A DNA stretch of 46,694 nt, filler included, from Jimgerdemannia flammicorona (Eukaryota): NCBI GenBank assembly GCA_003990765.1. It is 2 parts of 2 records of this genome, joined end to end, with 100 filler letters (N's around TTAATTAATTAA, not from the genome) between each part and the next. Parts side by side here need not be neighbours in the genome. Positions count along the whole stretch, not along the records: positions 23,403 to 46,694 come from RBNJ01001123.1; 1 more part is not named here. One strand, written 5' to 3'. The position numbers were made by a program, and so were the translations under genes. The notes below the pieces were generated by a model. The model had not been told where the DNA came from. It saw only the letters and a program-made list of their open reading frames with translations, and did not search any database. How positions within the stretch are numbered: position 1 is the stretch's first letter; every line of letters begins with the position of its first letter. Shown here piece by piece: positions 34,634 to 46,694 of the stretch.

Positions 34634-36676
34634 ATGCACCACCTCCGAACAATGGGACGGCGCGCCCTTTTCTATACACGTGCACCAGACGCACCCACCT
34701 CTTTTCTCCTCCGCCGCCTCGTTGCAACTGTTCCGCACAAGCGTATCACTCTTGGGGTGACACCGCTCATTGCCCCCAAACTGATTCGCAACCTATCATC
34801 AATATCGCCCCTGCCATCAATATCGACCCTGCCATCAATATCGCCTCTGTCATCAATATCGCCGTTTAACAATATCAAAAACTCGGTTCTCGCCTGGAAT
34901 CGATACACCTCGCTCGACGTGAGCCAACTCGAAATACTTTCACCGGAAGACTTTGTTAACGTCATGTACGCCGTTCGGAATTCCAACTCGCCAGATACGA
35001 TTGCAAAGTTGGAAAAGATAGCTAAAGACTTTCGCAGCGTTCATGGAAGCCTGGCCATACGTGGGTACAACATGCTGCTTCATGCCCACTTCTCTCAAAG
35101 CAATTTGGACGCTGCCAACGCCTTATTCTTAAAGATACAAGACGACCATGACCTGTCGCCGGATTCCGTTACCATCGTTACAATGATCGGTGGTATATCT
35201 AATCTAGGCCAAATTTCGGATTTGCACGGGTTCTGTCGTCAGATGGAGGAATCTGGCAATACGTTATTTCTCTCGCTAGATGTATATAAACGACTTATCA
35301 TCGCGTTCGGGCAGCATGGAGATCCGACCACTGCGAGCCTTTACTTTCGGCAAATGTCCAGCAAAGGAATTCAACCTGATACTGGTGCATACAATCTGTT
35401 GATAGCCATCCTCGTGGATAACAAAGATTTGGAGCGGGCAAGGGCCCTATTCGAGGAAATGGGTGCCAACGGCATTCCCCACTCGGTGGGAACATATCAC
35501 ATCCTTATTCAGGCATACCAAAATGCTCGACGTGAGGATGAGATGCGGGGGCTATATAATCGTCTTAAAACTGCAGGGATTCCACCAAACAGTAGTATTT
35601 ATGCAGCAATGGGGTGGGATCCTCTAAATGCGCTGGAAGAAATGCGCATGCTCGATATTATGCCCTCCACAACCCGAGATTTCAACATGCTTATATCTAT
35701 GGCTATCAAACGGAACAATTTTTCGGCGGCTTTTCAAATATTTCAGCAAATGCAAGAGGCAGGTGTTCAACCAGATGTCGTTAGTCATAGCCTCGTTATT
35801 GATGCGCTTGTCAAAGATCAACAACCAGAACGAGCCTTCGAACTCTTCGACGCAATGAAAAAGTCCGGAGTGGAGGCAGATGTCGTGACCTATACATCGC
35901 TGATTCAAGCATGTGTGCATACGTCGGATCTTAATGGTGCTTTGCTGCTCCTTGAAACAATGCGGGATCATCGAATTACACCGAATTTACACACTTTCAA
36001 CGCCCTCCTTTCGGTTGTGTCCTCGCGGAAAGGTTTATTGGACGGCGATCGGGACTTCACCATGGCAATCTTTCATAAAATGAAGGACATGCGTATCTTT
36101 CCAGATGTTCGGACATATAACCTAGTCCTCGCTGTCCTTTCCAAACAAATTACACATTTAACCTTCCCATCGCTGTCTCCTGCCGATTCGACCCTTATCC
36201 CGCATCGAAATCTTGCATCTTCAACCTTCCCCTCGCCGTCTTCTGCCGACTCGATCCTTATCTCGCAACGAAATCTCGCAAAAATGCGATCCTTGTATTC
36301 TGAGATGCGTCGCTTAAAGGGCAAATCCTCGCGTCCCGACTTTGTCACCTATTCTATCATGATTAATAGCTTTCTCGACGCCGGCGACACCCGCTCTGCA
36401 ATGGGTTTCTATCATGATATGCGTACCCATCGTGGAATCACACTACCGGTGCAAATTTTTAACGCTCTGATGGCGGCATGCGAACAGCAGGGCAATCCGA
36501 CGCAAGTCATCGGACTTTGGAAAGACATGCGAATGGCGCGTGTCAACCCAGATCAGGACAGCTATGATATCGTATTAGAAGCATGTCGGAAATATGGTCA
36601 TATGGATACATGGCAGATGATCCAAGAGCAGCAGCATAAGGATGAGATGTTACTTGGCGCTCCACGAACGAGATGA
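34634..36676 (+). CDS. Intronless pentatricopeptide repeat (PPR) protein, probably mitochondrial
   Basis: Arg-rich presequence-like N-terminus and tandem PPR motifs of about 35 aa (PDTGAYNLLIA, PDVVSHSLVIDAL, ADVVTYTSLIQAC, PNLHTFNALLS, PDFVTYSIMINSF). Confidence 0.92.
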   Translation: MHHLRTMGRRALFYTRAPDAPTSFLLRRLVATVPHKRITLGVTPLIAPKLIRNLSSISPLPSISTLPSISPLSSISPFNNIKNSVLAWNRYTSLDVSQLEILSPEDFVNVMYAVRNSNSPDTIAKLEKIAKDFRSVHGSLAIRGYNMLLHAHFSQSNLDAANALFLKIQDDHDLSPDSVTIVTMIGGISNLGQISDLHGFCRQMEESGNTLFLSLDVYKRLIIAFGQHGDPTTASLYFRQMSSKGIQPDTGAYNLLIAILVDNKDLERARALFEEMGANGIPHSVGTYHILIQAYQNARREDEMRGLYNRLKTAGIPPNSSIYAAMGWDPLNALEEMRMLDIMPSTTRDFNMLISMAIKRNNFSAAFQIFQQMQEAGVQPDVVSHSLVIDALVKDQQPERAFELFDAMKKSGVEADVVTYTSLIQACVHTSDLNGALLLLETMRDHRITPNLHTFNALLSVVSSRKGLLDGDRDFTMAIFHKMKDMRIFPDVRTYNLVLAVLSKQITHLTFPSLSPADSTLIPHRNLASSTFPSPSSADSILISQRNLAKMRSLYSEMRRLKGKSSRPDFVTYSIMINSFLDAGDTRSAMGFYHDMRTHRGITLPVQIFNALMAACEQQGNPTQVIGLWKDMRMARVNPDQDSYDIVLEACRKYGHMDTWQMIQEQQHKDEMLLGAPRTR

Positions 36677-37233
36677 GTCAAATGATGCGAGTAAAAAGAA
36701 TGGATAGACAACAAGCTCTCGGTTGAAATCTTCATCGCGATAAAGCTATGGGCGTTAGAGGATGAAGTAGTCTAGTAGCAGAGCTTGTTACATACACAGA
36801 ACAGTTAAAAGTTAGATTGGATTTGTATCGACGAGTTGCGACGTCATGTTGCGAATCTTCGAATACAAAGATTATCTTTATTATGTCATTGACGTGACTG
36901 TGCAAGCATTATTAACTCAAAAATAATGGCACAATTTCTTTTCTCATTTGTTGTATTTCGATTCAAGAGACAGGATGAGGTTCGTGTTTTGAGTTTGATG
37001 ACGCCAAAATCGCTCTATGTACGGCCACAAATAATACAAGCCTTTAATACAAATTTCCAGCCAAACAAACGATGTTGAATTGTCGGTCCCTATTCAAAAT
37101 CTAGATTGGATAGAAAAACCATTACAGAAATTTGTAACAGAGAAGGCATTTAGAGTCCAGTAGACTTTATCAATCTATCTGTCCGTTTTATTTGTTATTC
37201 TAAGCCGTATCTTTGAAGATCGACATGTCATGA

Positions 37234-40200
37234 TTATGAAGCGTAGGATAATATCTGGCAGATCCAAGTAAAAATGGTTAGAGGTCATCAATATCATTTT
37301 TCTGTGCAAGACTTCAAAATACTAATTGGCTTACCTCAACTACAACTCCAGCTGCCACCGTATCGCCCCCTTTTCGCAACATTACCCTTCCCAGTTCCTT
37401 GTTTTCTTTAAAAGTCTCCAAAGGGATAGGCCTGTTGATGATCTTGATTTGCACAGTAGCCGTAGACGACTTCGACAGGTGTCTATATTACCGCACACAA
37501 ATTAACCACCGATTGGAGCTCACCGAGTTCTATTCTCATCCTAGCCAACATATTTTGCTCACCTTGGGTTTTTCTTCACAATCTCTCCAGTACTCTTATC
37601 TATCACTGCGAGAAGCTTCGTGATAACAGCAGGCTCGTTCAAACTCTGATGATGTAGATCGATCTATCGAATTAGGAAGAATGGAGATAAATATATACCG
37701 TCAGAGTGAATTAAAAAAAAAAAAAAAAAAAAAAAAATGTTGACTCGAAATACTCACCGAAAACCCTGATGTGATCGGCACTTTGACGTCAAACACAACG
37801 ATCCGTGCGATGAATTCGGATGTTACCGGTACTGGGTACGACGACGCGCAAAGAACAGACCCGGTGCTAAATAACGGATAATCGATACACAAATTTCAGA
37901 AATCGGGCAACTTCCATCACCGCGTTAAGTCATCGATTATCAACCAAATGCAAATAACTCGGCACCTTAATTGCACAATATCCAACCCCGTCAGCGACAC
38001 CAACACTGAATCACCTGCGACTGCCCATTTCGCAGACTCGTCGTTCACCTCCAACGCTGCGAACACCCCATGATGTAGTTCATTAATGTCAATTTGGTAG
38101 CTCATCTCAGCGGCCGAAATCGCAGTATGTCATACTAAGATTGTTAAAAATGATAACAGCACTAGGCACCAACCTTTCACGGTACCGAATTCCCCACCCG
38201 GGACAACCATGACTTGATCGCCAACCTGGATATGACCTGCATCCACCCTGCCAGCTACTGAAATGCCCCCTGTAGAACCTATCCCACCTTTGAAGAAATC
38301 GGTTACACCAAGTCGGAACGGTTTGTCCAGCATACGGGTCGGCGGTTCAAACAAATCTAATAAACCCAAAAGAATCGCTTGTTAAGCTGCCACGCGAAAC
38401 ACCAGGACATAAATCGTGAAAAAGAAGATTCAATTAAATGCGAAAGGTTTATGCTCACCGATCTGTTCTACCAACGTCGGCCCTGTGTACCATCTCTCGA
38501 GAACTCCCCCGTGTGTACGCTTCACCACGTTTTCGCCGGTTAATCCGCTTACGGGTATAAATGTAAGATTCTTCTTGCGGAATCCAGCTTGCGTCAAAAA
38601 AGTGCTGAGTTTGCCAACTATATCATCATATCGTGACTGCGACCAATCCATCTGTAATGAATCAACGTCACATATCTCCCTTAGCAGAAACCAAATGACC
38701 AAACTTGAAATGGGAGCTAATGAGGAAAAAAAAAAAAAAAAACTCGCTGGTGTCGTGCATACCACATCTAGCTTGTTTATGGCCACCACCAACTGCTGAA
38801 CGCCTAGACTGCGTACTAGCAGTGCATGCTCCTTGGTCTGGCCGTTGGCTTCAAAACCGGCCTCGAATTCGCCAGTTGTAGAATCGACCACCATAACCGC
38901 GACATCAGCCTGGTCCGATAATGCAAGAATTTTATTAGGTAATGGTATTATCCCATCAACTGTAGTGCTATCTAGACGCACACGACATTAGCCGAAGACT
39001 AACCTGCGATGCTCCAGAAATCATCTTTGGAATGAAATCGCGATGCCCAGGCGCATCAAGAAGCGTGAATTTGCGATGAGTGGTCTCGAATTTGTTCATA
39101 GCGATATCCATCGTGATGCCTCTGAGTAACCGAAATTGCCATCATGGTTAGCAAGAGCTAGTGTTATCATCCAACCAACAAATCTGATTTTCTCGTTTAT
39201 TAGCGATAGCGACCTTCATCCCTAAAAATATCCGGCAAAACTCACCGACTCCTCTCCTCGCCCGTCTCATCAAGTACCCACGCGAACGCAAATGAAGATT
39301 TTCCAATTTTCTGTGAGTCTCGTTCGTATTTCTTCATTGTGCGTTCGTTCACCTCGCCGAGATCAAAAAGCAAATGTCCCATCAGCGTCGATTTACCAGC
39401 GTCGACGTGTCCTATCGATTATAAGTTTTTTTTTTTTTTTTTTTGGGGGGGGGGAAGTGAAAATTTTTAATAATATAATAATAATAATAAAAGCCCAATG
39501 AGAATGATGGAGCACAAGAATCGAGGACACATTATCCGAAGCATTATAACTAACCAATAACCACCAAATTCAACCCCTCCTTGTCTGCATTTCTCTTCCT
39601 ATATTCTTCTTCAATATTGATTTTTTTTCCGGTAAGTGTCTTCGGCGTTCCCGGTGATCTCGCTGCTGCCAATTTCGGAGAACCAGGTGGCGTTGGCTGC
39701 GATGAGTTGACGGCCGACGACATTGCCGAAAAAGGACGTGAAACCGCGGGTTGTTTGCCCTGCGCAACAGCGGAGGCCTTCCCACTAGCGGAAGTGTTGG
39801 TGAGATTGAGACCTGCAATGTCAAAATTCATCTGTTCGGTATCATCGTCGTCGAGAACTTCGACAAAATTGTCGTCGTCCTCTACATAGTTAGGTGAGCG
39901 GAGCGTCGACGAGTTTGTTTTAGAGGAAGGAGAGGTTGCGGATGCAACAATTGAGGAGGAGGGCTTGGAGAATGTCCTTTGTGCTGATGATGCTGAAACT
40001 GCCTTCTTTTCTGTTTTGATATAATGCATGGGCAAAAATCAACGTAGGAAAAAAGATGAGGCATTCAATAGACCAAAAACTCACCTTTGAACGCTTCTTT
40101 CTGCGCTTTACTAACTACATCGTCTGGGCTAGGCTGATCAAACGCAAAGCCTTGGTGTTGTTGTGTACCACCTAGCCACGCGGGAAAGAAGGATGATATA

Positions 40201-42311
40201 AAAGGTTCATCGTTAGATAAGGATCGTGACGATGGCAATTGAAGTGTATCCGTATCGGGATCATGGATATCTTCGAAGAGGAACACCGCGACAGAGGACG
40301 GCGGCGCTTGGACCGGATTGATGGATAAGGACGGTGATCCGGTGGTGGAAATGGGAGAGTTCAGGATAGATGGCTTTACTTCGGCAGAACATTCAGAGAC
40401 GGGGTCAACACCAGTAGCGGATTGTCTCGCCCTATTATCATCACGAATGAGCTTCGGCAATGCACTTTTAAAGTTTGTGTCAAATCCAGCCTTATTAACT
40501 GGAGCGAGGGAGCAATCTTGGAGGTTTCTCGAATCCCTATCGGCGCCCAACGCAATTCCAGAGCCCAGCTTCAACGTCTGTGTGGCATCAATGGCAGAAG
40601 CACCTGCAACGTTTGATAACCCTGTACTCGCATCCTTCGTTTTCTCGAGAAACCCCAATGACGTCATCCTGCCGGTTGAAACCGTATTCAAAGAGCCGGT
40701 TGTCGGGGGCGATGCAAGATGAGGCATTACCGCAGATGATAGTGACAGAGCGGTAACAGGAGGTGTAACCGTTGTTGATGCAGCGACAGGAAATCTCGAG
40801 GTAAATCCCGCCAGTCCTGTTTTTCCTCCACCGGCCGCCAGGCTCGCCAATGGCCTCCTGGTCTGTCCAAGCGAGCTCTGCGCGAGAGAAGACAGCGAAG
40901 GGCCGGTACCACTTCCCAGATCGAACTTCGTCTGCGTTAGTGCGGGCGATAACACCATGCTTTGTCCCAAACCCGTGCCGGTATTGGAAGTAGGCTGCCC
41001 GCCTGCGTCCGTTTTTACCATGCGATCACGTAACTGAGCTAAACTAGAAGTTCCGCCAGCTGGCTGCGTTTTTGGTCGTGCCAATTCAGTTAACGACGGA
41101 CCCAGCGCAGGAAACAACGATGCCGGCGGTTTGCTATTTCCTTGGTCCGCTCCACCCAACAAACCGGAATTGACCGACCCCATTCGCCTATGCCACGATT
41201 TCATATCTGCCGTCGGCTTAGGCGACATCACGTCCAAGAGATCACTGCAACACCCATTGACCCACTTCGTATCGCGCCACCACCATCGCATCAGATCCCG
41301 ATGAAGTTGTTCCCCGGATCTGCTTTCCCTATCCTCTGGATGGCCGTCCCATGCGCACGTTTGCAGAATATCTACTGTATTGGGTTGATTGGGTTGAGTA
41401 GAAAGGAGGGCGACTGATTGAGACCTCTGATTAACTTTTCAACGTTGCCAGAGATGTTTCGCCCTGACTCATTCAGCCCAAAATCGTTGAATCGTCCGGT
41501 CGATAGTTTGCAGTCGGCGAGGCTTTGGCTCTTGATCATGGACGGTCCTGATCTCGGAAGAGTACAATCGGATTGACTTCCGACTCTCGCCGTAAATGAT
41601 CGTTCCACCCTCCACAGCCATATTTAATATGTAGGCTTAATCACATTTTGACAAATCAACGTATAAAATTTACCTTTAGGTGCTGAAGCAACCTTCTTTG
41701 TAGTTGTTTTCTCTTTTTCCAGCTTGTCTCTGGTTATTTTGTCTGATATATATATATATAAATTTTGAGGGTGGGGGTGAGTAATTGGGGTAAAAAGTGC
41801 ATCATGTAAGAATCTGGAAGATATCCGATCTTACATGCGCAATAAGAACAAGCCTTACAAGGATCCAATAAGTGCTCAACAAACCCAGTATCCAGTTCAA
41901 GCTCTTTTCTTTGTTGAAGAAATAGTACCAAAGCGTTTCTTCAATCTCCTCGTCGGATACTGAAGCATTCCCGCCTATTACGCTGCGAATGTGGGCTAAA
42001 CCTTCTTGCATTTGGATCTGATCCTCCTCTGTGAGATCTTCGTTGCAATGTGTACAAAGTTAGCCAGATATGAAAAAAATCTAGTGGGAAATTTGCTTTT
42101 CAGCTGGGCGTAAGATGCTTGAAGGTGCCCACCTTGACCGATTGCTTCCTGCTCCTCGTCAGAGTAGTAGTCATCGTATTCTTGCTCACCAAGAACACCT
42201 GAATAAAGATATGCTGAGTGTGTCTGTGTTAACAGCAGCAGCGCTATTGCTCAGATAGGTAAAGCATTTACCTGAGATGTCAATGTTTCGTACATTTCGG
42301 TGGCGCGACAT
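37234..42311 (-). CDS. HBS1: HBS1 translational GTPase, multi-exon, with a SKI7-like cassette exon (40085-41374)
   Basis: [12 protein letters not shown] start; [14 protein letters not shown] (HBS1_N); [78 protein letters not shown]. Confidence 0.93.
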
Positions 42312-42379
42312 TTCTAACAAAACGGATAAGCCTACCCTGACGCTTCAAGGTTGTGGTCAGTCACATGATATACATTTTA

Positions 42380-42620
42380 GATATTATTTATTTATTTTTA
42401 TAAAATAGACTAAACTTTAAAAATATAAATAAATTAGATTGATTATTAAGTTATATATATTTCTTAGTCTATAATAGCTAAAATTAGCTATTAAAATATT
42501 CTATATTTAAAATTAATTTTATAATATAAAATTATAAATTATAAATTATAAATTTATTCAACTAATTAATATATTATAATATATTTGAAATCATCTAATT
42601 TAAAAGTAATAATATTATAT
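42380..42620. other. Extremely AT-rich tract between the HBS1 promoter and the LINE relic
   Basis: Nearly devoid of G/C; includes (ataaatt)n. Confidence 0.8.
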
Positions 42621-42639
42621 TTGAGACTCTCTTTGGACT

Positions 42640-45600
42640 TCTTTTGCTCAAACCACTCAGAGTGAGCTAAGCTACATGGGTATTTTTTTTTTATAAAAAG
42701 CAATATATTTTCAAGTTTTCACTTTACTTATACTAATATACTAGATATAATGAGAGTCTGGTAATAATACTCAATAAATTTTATTGAAATCCATCAAGTT
42801 TCTGTATAATGGCCAACCAAGGTTCATTAAGCTCTGAGTATTTGGAGAGGAGAAGACCTGGCCTGAGTCTCTTCAAAAGTTTTGTAACAACTACTGAGGC
42901 TGGTAGAGTAGAGAGATAAACTAGTAATCAAGGGCTAGTGACTAGAGTAGATAATTAGTGTACAGTGGTAGAGAATAAGAGGACTATCTCTAGATCTATA
43001 GTAGGAGGACAGGGGGGCATAGTATTGATAGAAGTGAAAGTCAGGTAACTGGTCAGTTGACTGGTCAGGTACCCAGTAGGAGAACTACTAAAACTACCTT
43101 TCCTAGAGCTGAAATAGTAGCTAGAGATATGACTGCTAGTAGTATAATAATTCTTGGTGAGGTAGTAGCTGGTGTTTCTGGGAGTAAGAGTAAGACAACT
43201 CTAGTTGCAGAGACTAGTAAGCTGGTAATATATCCTTTCTTTTATAAGTTAGTATTAATATGAGTAGTCTCCATCAACTTTCTGGGGCTTAGCCTGTTTG
43301 TCAAGGAGGTTCTGTAATTAGTGAGTGAGAAGGTTGCAGAGGCAGAGTTACTGAGATTTATTTCTTCAGTAGAGGTGATAGAGGTTGGCTTTATTGAGAA
43401 GAAAGCCATAGTGAAGGCTCTAGAGAAGAGGCTAATGGTTAAGAATATTAAGGTAGAGATAGTAAGGTACATATCTATATAAGATAGGACCTATATAGTA
43501 TGGCTGGTAGTTGAAAGATTACCAATACTGAGCAGACAGAAGACTAAGATGATAGTAACCAAAGCTCTGAAAGGTTTTGGTGAGATAGCAGATTTTGAGT
43601 TTATATTTTGAGAGAGTATAAAGTTGAGGAATAGTAACTGTGAGATAATGATATAGTTAAAAGAAAAGGAGGCAACTGGATTGAGGTGAGACTGGTCTGA
43701 GATTATTCATATTGGAAGATAGAAGTATTGGATTTGGAGGAGAAAAGGCTCTGAGCAGGAAGAAAAAGAGTTACTGATTGCTCTAGAGGAGTATAATGAA
43801 GCAAAGGCTCTGTAGAAGAGAAAGTGAGAGGAGTTTGTCAAGAATTGGATCTGAATTGAGATAGATAGAAAGAGAAGATAACAATATAAAGAGAATTGGA
43901 AGTAGTTGCAGGCAGTATTGCAAGAGTCTGCAGAGAAAGAAGCTGAGAGGGTCATGACTGACAGGAATCAAATGAAAGAGGTAGAGGCAGCTGAAGTATC
44001 CTTCTTATAGCTGGGGGGAGTGAGAGACTTAGTATACATACCTGTGAAAGAGAAGTGGGCTGATGGCAAGGAAGAGGGGGGAGCAGGTTTTGAAGAGATG
44101 TTAAGGTGGTCTCAGAGACTTAGATAGAGGACATAATGATGGCCAGATCTGTAAATATAACTGAGAATGTCCTGAGGCTGGAGAGGTAGTATGGCTAGAC
44201 AAAGTCTCAGAGGAGAATGATCTGGTAGAGATTGCTTTTGATGTATCTGTAGATAGAGAATTGCTTTAGGAGTTGTGCAGGACTCCTAGGCCTACCACCC
44301 TAGAGCCACTGGCAATGATAGCAGATAGTTAGTTCCAGGTAGTCCTTGAAGAGCTTGTAGAGGAAGACATTAAGAAAGTAGATATATTTCAGAGTTCTTT
44401 GGAGGTATGGGAAGAATTTCTTAATATGATATTATAAGAACCAAAGTTGGTGACCACCATAATAGCAGTCCTCTTAGAGAATGAAAGATATGAGATAGAT
44501 GAAGCCCAGATAGTAGATATCAGAAAGGTGATATCAGAATGAGTAGACTTCTTCTGTAGTAGTATCAATGAAGAGTAAATTTGGAAGACAGTCTGTAAGG
44601 AGTATTGGAACATTATTAAGGGCAGAGTTGAGAAAGTAGCAGCAGTAGTAGCTGATATCTAAACTTACTATTTATAATGAAAAACAACCTATGAATTTTA
44701 TTGATCAATATCAATAGTCTATATAATAGAGTTAAGCAGTGACATCTTTTTTGGTAGCTAAAGATCCAGAGGTATAATGTGGTATTTCTTCAGGATGTTC
44801 AGGCTTATGATGTACAGAACTATGAGTAGTAAAGTAAGGAATAGTTTGGAGGTACTAGTTGGAATATGCAAGTTAGTATTCTAGTTGATATAGAAAAGGG
44901 TAAACTAGTTAATGTAAAAATCTTTGGCAGTCATCTGGTATAGAGAAAGCTGAAGAGAGATACTGGAGATGGACTTTTGGTAGGCTCTATATATCTGCCA
45001 GTAGTTGGCAAAGAGTGAAAGCAATGGGTGAAAGAGTGATTGACTTGGGAGAATTGAGCAGCCCTAGAATTTGACATTCTGGTGAGAGACTTCAATATGA
45101 TATGAGATTGTGCACTAGATCAGTCTGATGGTGGGACTGATATAGCCATCTCTCAGAGGCTGTCTCAGTAACTTCAGATAGAAAAAGGTATAAGACTAGT
45201 AGACAGTATATGGCTGAGAGCTGGAGATAAGTCAGGGCCCTTCACTAGGTAGTATCTGGTGAGTGATGGGATGGTGGGAATATAGATTGATTGGGTGCTG
45301 ATAGCAGAACATTGAGGTAATATATTAGATATTATGAAGATATGATGATACCTATAGTCTGACTATTGGGAAGTTGAAGTATGTGAAAGGTTTCAGATAG
45401 TTAGTAGTGAAGGAGGGCATTAGCATCTTAATGTGGCCTTGCTTCAGCAATTAGTAGAAAGAGAGTAATTTGTTTTCTTTATCAGGTAGGAAGTAAAGAG
45501 GTGGGTGAATAGTGGTTTGTCTATTGCTGAATAGTAGGGTAGGTTTAAACACTTGGTGGATATATATTAGTAGGATGTTGGAGAGATAACTAGAAAGGAG

Positions 45601-46694
45601 CAGAAGAATAAGAAAAAGAGAGTTGAGAGAGGGTTGAGATGATAACTAAAGTTATTAGAAGACAGGATACTGATAGGGAAAGAGTGGTGCCAGCTGGCTA
45701 AAGAGGTGGTATATCTATAGTCAGATATGAAAGAGGCTGAGAATAGAGTGATAAATGGTCTTCTGGTATATCTGAGAGCTCAGTGACTAGAAGAGAGTAA
45801 GTAACCAACAAGATATTTATCTGATATCTTGAAAGCTAGGAAGGTGCAACATAGCTAGGCTTCAGTATTATAAGAGAATAGAGTTAAAGTCTCTAGTATG
45901 GCAGATATATTAAAGAAGATCTCTGGGCAATGGCAGGCTCTCTGGAGTGATAAGAGTAGAGGAGGGGAAGATGATATGCTAGACATTGTAAATATACTAT
46001 TAGTGCAAAACTGACTAGTAGTATTACTGCTAGAGATGGAGACTTCTATAATAAGCAGAGTGTTTTTAGAGAAGATGTTGGGGGTTTTGCAGAAAGTGCC
46101 TGGTGACTTAAGTGAGGATGAACTTTCTTGAGAGTTTTGGAAGGAGTTCTAGGCTGAGTTTAGGGCTTGACTTGTAGAGATGATCAATTACATATTGGAA
46201 GAGAGTCAGTGGGTTGGTAATAGTAACTTAGGGTTGGTCTCTCTATTTTATAAGGAGAAAGGTAACAGGAGGGTTTGGTGAAACTGGAGGTCAATAATGT
46301 TGTTGAATGTAAATAGGAAGTTGGTTATGAAGGTCTTGACAGAGAGATTATAGCAGTGGATTGGTAGACTGGTAAAGGAGGAGCAGAGGGACTTTGTAAA
46401 GGGACAGCAAATCCTACTTGGGTGCAAAATATCTTAGAGGGTTGTAGGAACCATCAGATCAATAAGAGGATAGTCTTTTTAGATTAAGAGAAGATATATA
46501 ATAGGATACAGTAGTACTATCTAGAGACTGTATTATGGAAAGTCAGATTTGATGTTGAGATTGGAAGGCTAATGGATCTAGTGCATAACTATAGAGGAGC
46601 AATTTTGATAGATAGTTAGTATAGTCCAGAGTTTGTTTTGAGTAGAAGAGTTCTACAGAGAGACCCCCTCTCATCTCTCTTTTTTTTTTTTTTT
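42640..46694 (+). mobile_element. Hypermutated non-LTR retrotransposon (L1/Tx1-like LINE): ORF1 relic, APE endonuclease and RT, running off the window
   Basis: Decayed motifs TSWN (about 44854), LVRDFN for GDFN (about 45080), RIDWVL, SDY for SDH (about 45358), LIYKEKG..NWRSIMLLNVNRKL, EQRDFVKG, LD*EKIYNR for LDQEKAYDR, and QRDPLSSL for QGDPLSPL. The 5' boundary is approximate. Confidence 0.88.

Overview
Intron-rich eukaryotic DNA, most likely from an early-diverging fungus (Mucoromycota-like; inferred from gene content and intron style). An N-spacer containing TTAATTAATTAA at 23303-23402 splits the window, so adjacency across it is unproven. Two compact housekeeping blocks are present. The first (1-14.6 kb) holds CCDC47/DUF1682, SPT4, a HAD hydrolase, ALG1, DUS1, an F-box/ankyrin gene and a membrane J-protein. 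The second (25-42.3 kb) holds a DIS3L-type exoribonuclease, mitochondrial uL22, ADE16/17, a PPR protein and HBS1 with a SKI7-like cassette exon. Between them lies a transition-riddled Ty3/Gypsy relic, interrupted at about 20213 by a repeat-bounded insert carrying a spliced, stop-interrupted TET/JBP-like 2OG-Fe(II) dioxygenase gene. After the gap is a prokaryote-type IS607 TnpA (MerR-HTH serine recombinase) pseudogene, head-to-head with DIS3L. The right end is a hypermutated L1/Tx1-like LINE. The most notable items are the TET/JBP-like cargo, the IS607 remnant, RIP-like C>T/G>A decay of the repeats, and the HBS1/SKI7 alternative exon. All family calls come from motif recognition in manual translations, not database searches.
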